From the sequence record MT708547.1: a stretch of 64,000 bases of DNA; one strand, written 5' to 3'. How positions within the stretch are numbered: position 1 is the first letter of the stretch; each line of letters begins with the position of its first letter. The position numbers and the translations under genes were made by a program. Shown piece after piece: positions 35,231 to 45,483 of this stretch. The notes under the pieces were generated by a model. The model worked only from the letters and a program-made list of their open reading frames with translations, had not been told where the DNA came from and did no database searches.

Positions 35231-35928
35231 ATGAGGTATATTATGTTTACTCCAAACACATCAAATGTAGGTAAGCGTGTAGTACTGTTAGAAGATGTAT
35301 CAACACTTCGTGGGACTTTCAGTAAAGGTCACGAGATGACCATCATCGGAGAAACGTCACGTGGTTGGGATCTCGAAGATGATGATGGTAATCGCATTTT
35401 AGAAGCTGGGATGTTTGGTCATAAAGAATTTAAACTACTTGACTAAATTATTCAGTACTGAAGTATAATTTTTGTTGTCTTAACGTGAGGAAATAAAATA
35501 TGATTAAAGCTGGTGTATTTGCACTCGGTGTTATGGTTGGTGGTTTTGCTCATATGTTTTATGTTGATCATAAAGCACTTGAACCTGCACCATTTGTTGA
35601 AGTACAGAAGGAATCTGTTGGTAAATAAAAATTAAATCATCAAGGTAATATACATAGTGATTGACAAATAATAGCAGTGCTGCTAATATAAGAATAAGAC
35701 GGGGTGATAAATTAACATTAACCTTAATCGATCAACAGGTGGCTGCGGTTATCATCCCGTCTTTCCTTTTTAACAATGAGGTTTATCATGAGTAAAGATG
35801 TTCACGTTCCAGTACAAAATGGTATGTCAGCATGTGGTAAACGAGTAGATTTAACTGGTTGGGTACGTTCGATGATCACTTGTAAAAAATGCAAAAAAAC
35901 CAAAGAGTATTTTGATTTGGAAAAATAA
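35231..35928 (+). CDS. small ORFs 35231-35446, 35500-35628 (hydrophobic) and 35788-35928 (H/C...CxxC zinc-binding)
   Basis: GAGG ribosome-binding sites; the last two are below the track length cutoff. Confidence 0.6.
35696..35763 (+). ncRNA. promoter-driven small RNA closed by a 15-bp stem
   Basis: TTGACA-17-TAATAT (35661-35689), then AAGACGGGGTGATAA/TTATCATCCCGTCTT and a T tract. Confidence 0.55.
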
Positions 35929-35940
35929 CAAGGATTTAAT

Positions 35941-36186
35941 ATGATATTATCTAAAGAAGAACAAGAAATTGTTGCACAAGCAATGAGTCTTTTGCACTTA
36001 ACCACTGATAAAGAAAAAGATTTATTCAATCGTCTTAAAACTGGGGTTGATACAGTTCAACGTATAAAAGAGAGTAATGAACGTAAAATGAAATTCCATG
36101 CATCACTCATAGCTATGTATGGTCCAAATGCACATTTACATTATAATGATTATTATGAATACTGTGAAAAAAATGGTTTTTGGTGA
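35941..36186 (+). CDS. hypothetical protein, MILS-type paralog 3
   Basis: MILSKEEQEIVAQAMSLLHLTTDKEKDLFNRLK...YGPNAHLH. Confidence 0.75.
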   Translation: MILSKEEQEIVAQAMSLLHLTTDKEKDLFNRLKTGVDTVQRIKESNERKMKFHASLIAMYGPNAHLHYNDYYEYCEKNGFW

Positions 36187-36230
36187 AATAAAAGATTGAC
36201 AAATAATATTAGTACTGTATAATGTTTACA

Positions 36231-36318
36231 ATCAAGCCAAGATTAGTTCAATAGGTAGAACCCCGTTCTATGTGTATCTAAGAATAAGTGGTGGTTCTAT
36301 TCCCCATCTTGTCTTGAT
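36231..36318 (+). ncRNA. tRNA-like RNA with an aberrant anticodon arm
   Basis: Follows TTGACA-16-TATAAT (36196-36223); 12-bp closing stem with one mismatch; D arm TA-GTTC-AATAGGTA-GAAC; T-arm-like GGTGG-TTCTATT-CCCC. Confidence 0.65.
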
Positions 36319-36355
36319 TTCAGTGGTGAGCTTTAGTGATACATCTATTGACGAT

Positions 36356-36445
36356 GCGGGTGTGAGGGTGGCTACCTCAGCAGTGGCGAATTATGTAGCA
36401 ACTGTGTTGAAAGATGCTAAGACAGTTCGATTCTGTCCACCCGCC
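36356..36445 (+). ncRNA. class II tRNA-like RNA with a 16-nt anticodon-position loop
   Basis: Perfect acceptor GCGGGTG/CACCCGC; D arm GAGG/CCTC; GCAGT/ACTGT; 15-nt variable region; canonical T arm GACAG-TTCGATT-CTGTC. Confidence 0.7.
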
Positions 36446-36543
36446 GCACTAAAGGTAGGGTACTAAGTACCAGAAACTAACACGAGGCAGTCGGAATATA
36501 CGCCTACACCACAATTACTTTTAATTTAATTGAGGAACAAAAC

Positions 36544-37515
36544 ATGTCAGAATCACTTGTAAATAAAAACCCTCAAGGGTTTGTAATTATTGATCTGAAT
36601 CTTAACAGCGGGAGAATGTTCCAAAGTACTGATGCATGTATGCAATTTGACTTCCTCGGTTATGAAATTAGTGTTAGTACAGGTGGTTCAGTACTACAAG
36701 GTGGTTTTCTTCAGGAAATTTTAGTTACTGATCCAGAAGAACGTCCTCACTTCATTCAGGGTTCGGTGCAAGATGCTATTATGTTTGTTATTCAGCGTGA
36801 ACAAAATAGAAACTTTAATGAATTTACTAATGCAATGAGTAATAAGATTGAAGAAGTTTAAAGTTAATGTTAAGTACTTCACATTCTATAGTTTAGATCC
36901 AAATGATTGTCATCCAGGATTTTTTGAATGCACCCTAATCAGGGAGAATGAATGTGAAGTACTATACTTTATATATAAAATGTATAACAAAATAGTTGTT
37001 TATGATTATAGAAAAAGAAATCAAGAAACCTTATATTTCAATCAAACAATTATTGATTCCTACAGTATAGTTCTCACAGGAGAATATAAATGAAGTATTA
37101 TACTTTTGCATTGAAATATATTTCAGCATATTCACCTAATGTGGAAGGTAAATGTGTTATAAAAGCACAAGGAAATAATCCAATTGAAGCCATTATGAAA
37201 ATAATATCTACTAATTCATTCCCTGATAAAAATTCAACGTTTGTACTAATTACTTCAATTGTCATTCAATGATAATTTGGATATAGTATGAATATATATA
37301 CAGTAACTGGAATGAGTATAGCTCAATACCCTGAAACACTTCCTGTGGTTAGTGGTATTCCTTTATATACAATCACAAAAAAGTTTAGATTACAAATTTT
37401 AGCCAATAATGAAGTACATGCATATTATAAAGTTATAGAAGGATATAATGCTTATAATACTCATAATTGTTTTTATATGATTGATGATGTTAAAGTGAAG
37501 CGTGGGATTTGGTGA
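36544..37515 (+). CDS. hypothetical ORFs 36544-36861, 36848-37093, 37090-37272, 37288-37515
   Basis: Tiling ORFs. Confidence 0.6.
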
Positions 37516-37545
37516 TAACGTATTAATACAAAAAGAGAATACAAA

Positions 37546-38214
37546 ATGCTTGCTAATCTGAAATACATGATCAGTACTGAAGCACGTGATGAAAAAGGTT
37601 GCTACATTAAATCCGAAACCAAAACATTTGATGATCTTGGTATGAGTGGTGTTTTTCATGAATGTCATTTCGATCCATATCACCCATTTTGGTCTAAACA
37701 CCAGGAACCAGAGAAAGTACAAAATACTCGAATTTTTTGTGCATTACAAACAAATACACCTGGCATCATTGCGGCGTATAATGCGGATGATGTAATCGAC
37801 CACATGACGAATTATGAAGTAATCGATGAGCAACCAATGATTAGTCCAAGGGGTGAAGTTTATACACATCAAGATTTCTATTCAATGTTTAATGAAATGG
37901 AGAGGATCATTCTTCCTAGTGGTAAACAACGACCTGAATATATGAACTTGGTTGGTTCTTATGGTGTAGCCGATAACATTGAGCAAATTCTTCGTAAGTA
38001 TAAATCATTGTTAAATAGTCCAGATGAAGTTGTATTAACTATCCATCCAGTACTGAAAAAGGATCAACCAGAAAGTGGTGGTTGGCGTTGGCATAAATGG
38101 GGGTCATATATCGGCAATCACAAGATTAAGTGTGAATATTTGTATGATGAAGTTGGTATTGATAAAGTTTTGTGTTATAATTGGATCTACGTAAAACCCA
38201 AAAAAGGAATCTAA
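37546..38214 (+). CDS. hypothetical protein with a GWRWHKWG domain, paralog 1
   Basis: GSYGVADNIEQIL...QPESGGWRWHKWGSYIG shared with 48584-49171. Confidence 0.8.
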   Translation: MLANLKYMISTEARDEKGCYIKSETKTFDDLGMSGVFHECHFDPYHPFWSKHQEPEKVQNTRIFCALQTNTPGIIAAYNADDVIDHMTNYEVIDEQPMISPRGEVYTHQDFYSMFNEMERIILPSGKQRPEYMNLVGSYGVADNIEQILRKYKSLLNSPDEVVLTIHPVLKKDQPESGGWRWHKWGSYIGNHKIKCEYLYDEVGIDKVLCYNWIYVKPKKGI

Positions 38215-38486
38215 AAATGATTAATGTATTAGCATTGGTACTTATTTTGCTCTTTATTATGTTACCAACACTTATTTCCGTTACACGCAATACAGTAGAA
38301 ACTTCACTACGTGTATTTTTACTTAACTTTATGTTATTGGTTACTTCAATCATCGTTCCTTACAGTGAATCACTTATTGATGGTATCAGTAACATTTTAC
38401 TTGTTTGGTCTTTTTTGATTATGTTATCTTATATTCCAGACGAATCAGATCCAAAAGATTTAAGAAATGTTGTAAGATACGTGTGA
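38181..38486 (+). CDS. membrane protein (real start probably about 38217)
   Basis: Three hydrophobic segments. Confidence 0.6.
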   Translation: MDLRKTQKRNLKMINVLALVLILLFIMLPTLISVTRNTVETSLRVFLLNFMLLVTSIIVPYSESLIDGISNILLVWSFLIMLSYIPDESDPKDLRNVVRYV

Positions 38487-38499
38487 TTAAGGATTAATT

Positions 38500-38760
38500 G
38501 TGGCAAGTGGGTTTGTTGATGATGATGGTGTAAACAATACCATAGAAAGCACAGTACTTAATGCTATTGATTTTGCAAGAAGTAATTTATATTCAGGTGA
38601 ATCATTTAAGTACTGTACTGACTGCGGTGATGAAATACCAGAAAAACGTCGGGCAGTTCTTAATGGTGTAAAACGTTGTGTGAAATGTCAATCTAAGGTA
38701 GACAATTCATATAAAGAGTATTATAATAGACGTGGGTCAAAAGATTCACAATTACGTTAA
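38500..38760 (+). CDS. DksA/TraR-family C4 zinc-finger protein (YbiI-like)
   Basis: CTDCGDEIPEKRRAVLNGVKRCVKCQ and C-terminal NRRGSKDSQLR, characteristic of YbiI. Confidence 0.9.
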   Translation: MASGFVDDDGVNNTIESTVLNAIDFARSNLYSGESFKYCTDCGDEIPEKRRAVLNGVKRCVKCQSKVDNSYKEYYNRRGSKDSQLR

Positions 38761-38771
38761 AAGGAAACAAA

Positions 38772-39856
38772 ATGATTGGATTAATTTCGGTTGTACTTAC
38801 TATCCCATATATTATTATTGTGTGGGCGATGGTTTGCAGTTTGTTACAGGAAAATGGTTCACTGAAGGGGAGTAGATTTAATTATAAAGAAGATTTTCTA
38901 TTAGATTCTAATACAGTGTCCTTACTATACAAAATCGTTTGGATTTGGTTAGGAGCTACAGTACTGAATTTCTTTTTCCCTGTATTTGGAATTGTACTAT
39001 ATATTATTAATATTGTTATTATTCTGGTATCATTGTATTGGTTATACGAATGTTACAAAGCTGGAAAATTCAAAGTTTGGTTTAATAAAAAATAAAAATT
39101 ATAAATACCTTTGTATACTACCTACAAAGGTATTTTCTTTTTAGAGGATTTATTATGCATATAATACTAAGTTTAGTACTTAGTACTATTTTGCTATCCT
39201 TTCTACCTGCCAGTGTATCAGCTAACAATGGTTCATTGTGCTTGTCTAATGATGGTGAATGGTACGAAGTACGTTCCGATCCTGATAATCCAAATAACCT
39301 CACTATTGATGGTGAAGTCTTTTACATCCTACAGCAACAAACCCACCTTAATAAAAAAGTCTTGACATTTAAAAGTACCAGTGGTACACTGGCATTGTTA
39401 GTTCTGGTTGGTAATCCAGAAACTAAAAAGGTTTCAATTGACATGTTCCTCACATCTGAGATAAAATCAGTTAAAATTCAATGTAAATAAGGTATAACAA
39501 TGCTAGACAAAATTTTTGATATTTTGTTTTTAATTCCAGTTGTATCAACTGCTATTGTAGTTTTTACAATGCTTAGTTCAGTACTGATTGGTATCCTTTG
39601 TTTGGTAATGGGTAGTGATTCTGTATTGAGATTTAGTTCTAAATATTTTGTTTGGGGAGACGTGCCAGCATTTAATGCTACATTCGTCTCTTTTTTTCTT
39701 TTTATTTGTTCTCTCATGTTACATGAATTTGAATTGCTGAGTTCGATTTATATCGTAAGCTTCTATTCAATTTTTAGTATGTGTTGTCTGTGGTACATGA
39801 TCTACAGTATTGATGTTTGGTATACAAATTATGTTGAATATAAACACAAAAAATGA
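38772..39856 (+). CDS. membrane proteins 38772-39095 and 39500-39856 flanking a signal-peptide protein 39155-39490
   Basis: Hydrophobic segments; TATAAATA at 39100-39107 before 39155. Confidence 0.65.
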
Positions 39857-39866
39857 GAATAAAAAT

Positions 39867-40229
39867 ATGAAAACTATTATATTCTTTGTATTAATGATGA
39901 TTTGTAGTATCAGTGCACGTGCAGAACTTATTGTTGATATGGTATGTGTTAGTAATGATGGGGAATATCATACTTATAAGGTAGACAGAGATAACTTATT
40001 AACAATATTAATTGATAACATTCCATATGATTATGAAAAAAATACAACTATTGGTGATACTGATATTTCGAAATACACAAATACGAATAATAAATCCGAA
40101 TTGGCTTATATTTCAGTTGATGTATATGAAGATATGCGTACTAAACAACAATTTCCAGAAATTAAATTAGTACTAATGGAAAATGGTGCTAAAGTTGCTA
40201 AATTTGGAGGATTATGTCATGATAATTAA
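39867..40229 (+). CDS. signal-peptide protein, paralog of 39155-39490
   Basis: MKTIIFFVLMMICSISARA; CVSNDGEY versus CLSNDGEW. Confidence 0.7.
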   Translation: MKTIIFFVLMMICSISARAELIVDMVCVSNDGEYHTYKVDRDNLLTILIDNIPYDYEKNTTIGDTDISKYTNTNNKSELAYISVDVYEDMRTKQQFPEIKLVLMENGAKVAKFGGLCHDN

Positions 40230-40501
40230 TTTATCAATTATGTATGACTCTTTTAATTTAGGAAAAAGTACTGAAAACATTTATTATTCTGGTGGTGCAC
40301 ATTTATTTTTTGAAGATCATAAAATACCATATAAATTAATTGAAATTAATAATACTGATCGTATTCAATATCATGAAGATAAAAATAAAGTTAATGTTGA
40401 AATTGATAAATTGGAAGAATTAATTAAATTTATGAAAAAATATAATTGTAATATTGAATTAAAATCTGATTATGGTATAATTTATTTCAAGTGAGATCCA
40501 A

Positions 40502-41032
40502 ATGAAGCACTGGTCATATAAAAAAAGATTAAAGAAGAATAAATGGTATCCAAGATATGATTACATACCATGGATATCGAGTTTTGCAAGATTATCTGCT
40601 TTATCTAAAAAATGTACTATTAATAAATTTCAAGTAAGTGATATAAGCACTAAAGGTGTATATAAAGTAAAAGTTAACCCAAATGATGAAATTGGTATTT
40701 GTTTATTGAATTACAATGAATTTAGTATTAACTATATATCTTCTGCGGTGAAATATTTAAATATACTAAGTACTAATTATGAATTTTCAGATTTTTTTAC
40801 TGGAGGCCGCCGACGTATAATTTGTACTAAATCTTACGAAACTATTTCTAATGATGTAGATTTTTCAAATTTAACTGAAGAGGAATATTTTCAGTACAGT
40901 ACGTTATATGATAATCTTGATGATTTAGTCAAACTTAATACATTGTTTAAATGTATTGAAGAAAAAACCAAAGACAAATTTACATTAATGAATTTTCTAC
41001 GTGGAATTCAGAAATTTGAGGCTGAACAATGA
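40502..41032 (+). CDS. hypothetical protein, FQxS family
   Basis: FSNLTEEEYFQYSTLYDN. Confidence 0.8.
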   Translation: MKHWSYKKRLKKNKWYPRYDYIPWISSFARLSALSKKCTINKFQVSDISTKGVYKVKVNPNDEIGICLLNYNEFSINYISSAVKYLNILSTNYEFSDFFTGGRRRIICTKSYETISNDVDFSNLTEEEYFQYSTLYDNLDDLVKLNTLFKCIEEKTKDKFTLMNFLRGIQKFEAEQ

Positions 41033-42599
41033 AAACGGTACTCGTTTATCGAGTTGAACTGTGTTTTACTGCTATCAGTATTAGTGGTATGAATTATGCT
41101 CAACAAGGACCATATACTACATATGATGCATGGATGAGCAAAGACAATGGATATAAACCGTGTTTAGTTTCATACGATCCAATTAATCAGCCTGAACCTG
41201 AAAATGATGGATTAGAACATACATTTGCAGTAATTTATGGATTTCGTGATAAAAACCAAATGTTTGATTGGTTTTGTTGTGATATCGTCTCTTTACATTA
41301 TGCTGGATTTGTGTTAAGCGTATATGAAGTACCAATTGAAGATGTAAATTATGGTAGAAAACAGTTGAATTTTTATCCAAATGAGAGTAGACTTATCTCT
41401 GTAGAATCGTTGTTGGACATTGCAGAGGATTATTAATGAAAACTGTGACAATCAAAGAAATCCAAAATAATTGGCAAGATTTAATTGAATTTAAATATAA
41501 TTTTGAAGAATACAAGAAGGATACAGCGGCAAGAAATGCTTTAAATTCTGCATTTGGTTGTAAGTTAAAAGCAGCATTCTGTACTGTATATCCTGCTGTG
41601 ACAGTTGATAAAACAGGCATCGATTTTGGTGCAGCACGTATTATTTTCATTACAGAGAAAGGTGATGTAAGAATGATCTCTTCTTCTGAATGGGGTGGTA
41701 TCAGTACTAAATTAAATTAAAGGTATATTCCCATGAAACCAAATAATGTTATTGTTAATGTTCCTGAATTCCATAATGTTGTTGTGCAAGGAAAGGATTA
41801 TATGACATTGGGATGTTGTGGATATGAATTGTTTACAGTACTAAAAGACCATAAACAAGATGATCGTCATCATGTTATTGTACAAAATACTGGATATCTT
41901 TGTACTATTGATAATAGTCCAAATATGCTCGCAGAGAATCCAACAACAATTCAAAAATACTTAATTGAAAATCATGGTAATGACGCTGGTTTATTCTCTT
42001 TCAGTGACATGACCGAAGAAGAAGTAAATGGTTTTATTCCCCTTGATAAAAATAAAAATACACCTGTAGTATTTTTATACGAAGATGATGCATTCATTTA
42101 TCGTGACAAACTTTATATTCTCATCAATGGAGAAGAAAAGACTTTTCATGAAATTAGTGCTGATAAGAAATATATTTTTACTGTAGTACTCAATCGTATC
42201 AATGAAGTACTGATGGATTGATATTAAAAATGGTTGACTTTATGTCAACCATTTTGTTATTATACACATATATTAAGTCAATAAGGATTTATTTTAATGA
42301 AAAATAAATTAGTGCTTACTATCATTTTTTTAATTCCATCAATCCCTTCATATGCAGGTAAATTGAGTGAGCCAGTTTGTGAAGTACGAGTATGTAATAA
42401 AATTTCTCGTTTTTCTTTAGATATTATGTCACATATTAAAGATAAAATGGGTGAGAAATGTGATACTGTATTATTACCTAAATCAGAATCATATGTTGGT
42501 AATGTATTATCATCAGAAAGTCGTTGGTATCAAGGTAGTTCGATCAATCCGACAAAGAAATCTGTGACGAAAGTTGTAGAAGTACTTGAATGTCAATGA
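41029..42599 (+). CDS. hypothetical ORFs 41029-41436, 41436-41720, 41733-42221, 42297-42599 (signal peptide, Cys-containing); also about 40216-40494 upstream
   Basis: Tiling ORFs. Confidence 0.65.
42226..42263 (+). promoter_or_regulatory. terminator/promoter hairpin cassette 1
   Basis: AAAATGGTTGAC-ttta-tGTCAACCATTTT; TTGACT-18-TATTAT. Confidence 0.75.
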
Positions 42600-42617
42600 T
42601 TAATAATTAAAGCCATT

Positions 42618-42653
42618 AAAAAGGTTGACTTCGCCCAGCCTTTTTGCTATTGT
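42618..42653 (+). promoter_or_regulatory. terminator/promoter hairpin cassette 2
   Basis: AAAAAGGTTGACTTCGCCCAGCCTTTTT; TTGACT-17-TATTGT. Confidence 0.65.
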
Positions 42654-42660
42654 ATAAATA
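42653..42660 (+). promoter_or_regulatory. T4-like late promoter box
   Basis: Exact TATAAATA 37 nt before the ATG at 42698. Confidence 0.55.
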
Positions 42661-42697
42661 TACTCATAGGAATAGAATACTATAGAGGAATAATACA

Positions 42698-44392
42698 ATG
42701 CCTGGTCAATTCACTGACAAAAATGGCGGTAACATGGCAGGTCACAGCGACAAGTGGTCTGATAAGAACCGTCGCCCGAATTCATATCAAGCAGGTCAAG
42801 GTTCAAGAGGTTCACGAAATCAAGGTACTGGTCTTGCTGGTAAAGCAAATACTGTATCAAGTGATGAAGTAGATACTTCTAAAATGAATCCAGAAGAAAA
42901 GTTGCGTTATTTTAATAAACTTGGACTTCTTAATCCAACACAAAAACAGCAACTTGCTGATATTGATGCTAAAAAAGCACAATCCAGTACTGCAAATGTT
43001 GAACCAGTACAGAAACCTAGTACTGAACAACCTAAACCAGATGTTAATCCAGTAAAAGAATTATCTGATAAATTAGGTAAAATTTTCGCTAATAAACCAC
43101 AATTAATTCAGGGTATCGTGAAAGCATTACAATCTGTGCCGAAAGAACAATTAAAAGATAAAGCACAAGCTGTATTGAAAGCTATGAATAACAATACCAG
43201 TACTGAACCAACTGAAGTATTCAGTACTGTAATGCAAGCAATTGAAGGTTCTCCTGAAAAGGATGAAGATGATATTGATTTCGATGAAAAAGAACCAGTT
43301 AAATCTGAGCCAGAAGAAGGTTCTATTGACTGGATTCGTGAAATACATAAGTTTGTTTTTGATAAGTATTTTAATCAAGATTTTGATAGTTATAAATCTT
43401 ATATGGATTTACTAAAAAATAAACACGATGCTAATATTTTTCAGGATTATCTTGAAAAAATGGAAAAAAATCCAAAAATCAAACCATTGTATGATCTAGC
43501 TATGCATAAATTAAATGACTTCGATCCAGAAGAAGGTGAAGATTCTAAATTCATTAACATTGGTGACGCAGTATTCAGTATCATCAAAGATGGTGAAAAT
43601 GTACAACAAAGTTCTGGTGCTGAAGAAAGTGATGAGTACGCTCAAGATTATGAAAGAGAAGAAGAAAAAAGTCGTGATCTAGAACGTCAGTACAGTACTA
43701 TGTCAGAGAATGATTTTAGAAAAGATTTTCATTTCTTAGATAGTAAAGATGTAGAAGCATTAATTAAACAAGCTAAGCAATTCAAAAATTATCAATCAGC
43801 ACTATCAGCTATTGCTTCGGGTGTTGATAATAGCACAGATGGTGATAACAATGAAATTCTTTCTTCCATGTATGCTATCGCTGATGATTTAGGTAGTATG
43901 GGATTCGAATTGAAAGATAACGATAACAGTACTTCAGATAATAATGAATATGGTTTTGTTATGTCTCCAGAAGAATTATCATCTACTGGAAAACATAGTT
44001 ATAATAATGATCCAGAAGTATATCAACAGCCAACATTGGATGATGCCTTAGTACTTGCACGTAAACATGCAGCGGCTGCACGTAAAGAAGATTTTGATAA
44101 ATTCTTGAAATATGTAGCTGATGGTATGAAAGAACAGGGTACTAAACCAGCAATTATTAACAGAACTCTTAGTCATTATATGCATGAACTAAAAAATAAT
44201 GGTTTTAAATTTCAATCTGCACTAAATTCTATGGTAGATAATGCCGAGGCTTATGATCCAGATGATGATTATGGTACTGAATTTGACCACAACATAGCTT
44301 CATTTGAAGGTGGGATGGAAAACTACGATAAAGATCAATCAAAATATGAAGATCAAATAATTCACGTTTACAATCAATTACACGGAAAATAA
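42698..44392 (+). CDS. 564-aa acidic, low-complexity hypothetical protein; candidate virion/internal protein
   Basis: GAGGA ribosome-binding site; G/S/Q-rich N-terminus, D/E-rich body; late box upstream. Confidence 0.75.
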   Translation: MPGQFTDKNGGNMAGHSDKWSDKNRRPNSYQAGQGSRGSRNQGTGLAGKANTVSSDEVDTSKMNPEEKLRYFNKLGLLNPTQKQQLADIDAKKAQSSTANVEPVQKPSTEQPKPDVNPVKELSDKLGKIFANKPQLIQGIVKALQSVPKEQLKDKAQAVLKAMNNNTSTEPTEVFSTVMQAIEGSPEKDEDDIDFDEKEPVKSEPEEGSIDWIREIHKFVFDKYFNQDFDSYKSYMDLLKNKHDANIFQDYLEKMEKNPKIKPLYDLAMHKLNDFDPEEGEDSKFINIGDAVFSIIKDGENVQQSSGAEESDEYAQDYEREEEKSRDLERQYSTMSENDFRKDFHFLDSKDVEALIKQAKQFKNYQSALSAIASGVDNSTDGDNNEILSSMYAIADDLGSMGFELKDNDNSTSDNNEYGFVMSPEELSSTGKHSYNNDPEVYQQPTLDDALVLARKHAAAARKEDFDKFLKYVADGMKEQGTKPAIINRTLSHYMHELKNNGFKFQSALNSMVDNAEAYDPDDDYGTEFDHNIASFEGGMENYDKDQSKYEDQIIHVYNQLHGK

Positions 44393-44393
44393 T

Positions 44394-44430
44394 AAAAAGG
44401 GTTGACTTCGGTCAGCCCTTTTGTTATTAT
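44394..44430 (+). promoter_or_regulatory. terminator/promoter hairpin cassette 3
   Basis: AAAAGGGTTGAC-TTCG-GTCAGCCCTTTT; TTGACT-17-TATTAT. Confidence 0.8.
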
Positions 44431-44461
44431 ATATACATCCAAACAAAATAGGAATACTACA

Positions 44462-44854
44462 ATGTCTTTAATTAAATTGGAAACTCATATCGCTGCTATC
44501 GAATCCATGATGAAACAACTGGATGTTCTTGAACTGACAACTGATAGTCCAGTACTGAATCATTGTCTCAGTCTTGAAGATATGGGTGAATTGGGTAATG
44601 GTATTGAAGCAATTCGCCGTAATTTGAATAATGCTAAAGCATGGGCTGTTGAGCAATATAATACACAAGTGTTGCAATTATCGTACACTACCAACAAAGG
44701 TGATTTTGCTCGTTTTCATGGTACTAAAGATGAACTTCGTAAATTCTGGAATTCATCAAAAGATAATATGAAGTACGTTGAAATATATTACAACTATTCT
44801 CGTGCTCCAATATGTGGTGATAAAGCTGTTGGAATATTTTTATCCACAAATTAA
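44462..44854 (+). CDS. hypothetical protein
   Basis: ATG at 44462 with AGGA ribosome-binding site; the track start lies inside the hairpin. Confidence 0.7.
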   Translation: MSLIKLETHIAAIESMMKQLDVLELTTDSPVLNHCLSLEDMGELGNGIEAIRRNLNNAKAWAVEQYNTQVLQLSYTTNKGDFARFHGTKDELRKFWNSSKDNMKYVEIYYNYSRAPICGDKAVGIFLSTN

Positions 44855-44856
44855 TC

Positions 44857-44893
44857 AAAAAGGGTTGATTTCGGTCAGCCCTTTTGTTATCAT
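44857..44893 (+). promoter_or_regulatory. terminator/promoter hairpin cassette 4
   Basis: AAAAGGGTTGAT-TTCG-GTCAGCCCTTTT; TTGATT-17-TATCAT. Confidence 0.75.
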
Positions 44894-44931
44894 ATCAGTA
44901 CTGAATAGTTAATTTAAAAGGATATCACATC

Positions 44932-45483
44932 ATGATCGTATCTGTACAGCCATTTGTGCATGGAACTTTTGTTCTTAAAATTGAAAGTGGATACAAAATG
45001 GGTCAATTCGTTAGTAAACCAAAGCTTAAAGATACTGATATCGAATTTCCAGTAACATTCGGCACTGAAGCGTCTGCATTAAAATGGGCAATTGAAACTG
45101 GATATCAAATTTTCAAATACCATGATGAAGTTCTTCCTACTGAAGAAAAGAAAAAACTAGATACTAATGATTATAAAATCTTACACGCCGCCTTACAAAA
45201 AATAATGGAAGGCGAACGCAATGAAGATTATGGCATTTGTTATAATCTACAATCTAAAGTACTAAACTGTATTGAAAAACGATTCATTTATCAATTCCTC
45301 CAAGAATCACTAAAAAGTATTCTTGGTGGTAAATGTGGTCAATATCCAATTGAAGGGTCGTATGAAGATTTCAAACGAAACAATGAAAAATGGAATACAT
45401 TTACTGAATTCGGATTTAAGCGTTTAAATCTACTTAAATCAATGATTGAGCGTACTGAAAAACTTTCTTTGGGAGAAAAATAA
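44932..45483 (+). CDS. hypothetical protein with GIC...PIEG...KW...RLNLL domain, paralog 1
   Basis: Domain shared with 49655-50086 and 53390-53731. Confidence 0.8.
   Translation: MIVSVQPFVHGTFVLKIESGYKMGQFVSKPKLKDTDIEFPVTFGTEASALKWAIETGYQIFKYHDEVLPTEEKKKLDTNDYKILHAALQKIMEGERNEDYGICYNLQSKVLNCIEKRFIYQFLQESLKSILGGKCGQYPIEGSYEDFKRNNEKWNTFTEFGFKRLNLLKSMIERTEKLSLGEK

Noticed and set aside
36231-36318. Amber suppressor tRNA (CTA in the middle arm)
   Set aside because: No 5-bp stem with a 7-nt loop can be drawn around CTA.
36272-36466. 64-aa ORF in the track
   Set aside because: It runs across two tRNA-like RNAs and has no ribosome-binding site. The same applies to 21455-21640, 31832-32017 (minus) and 16041-16238 (minus).
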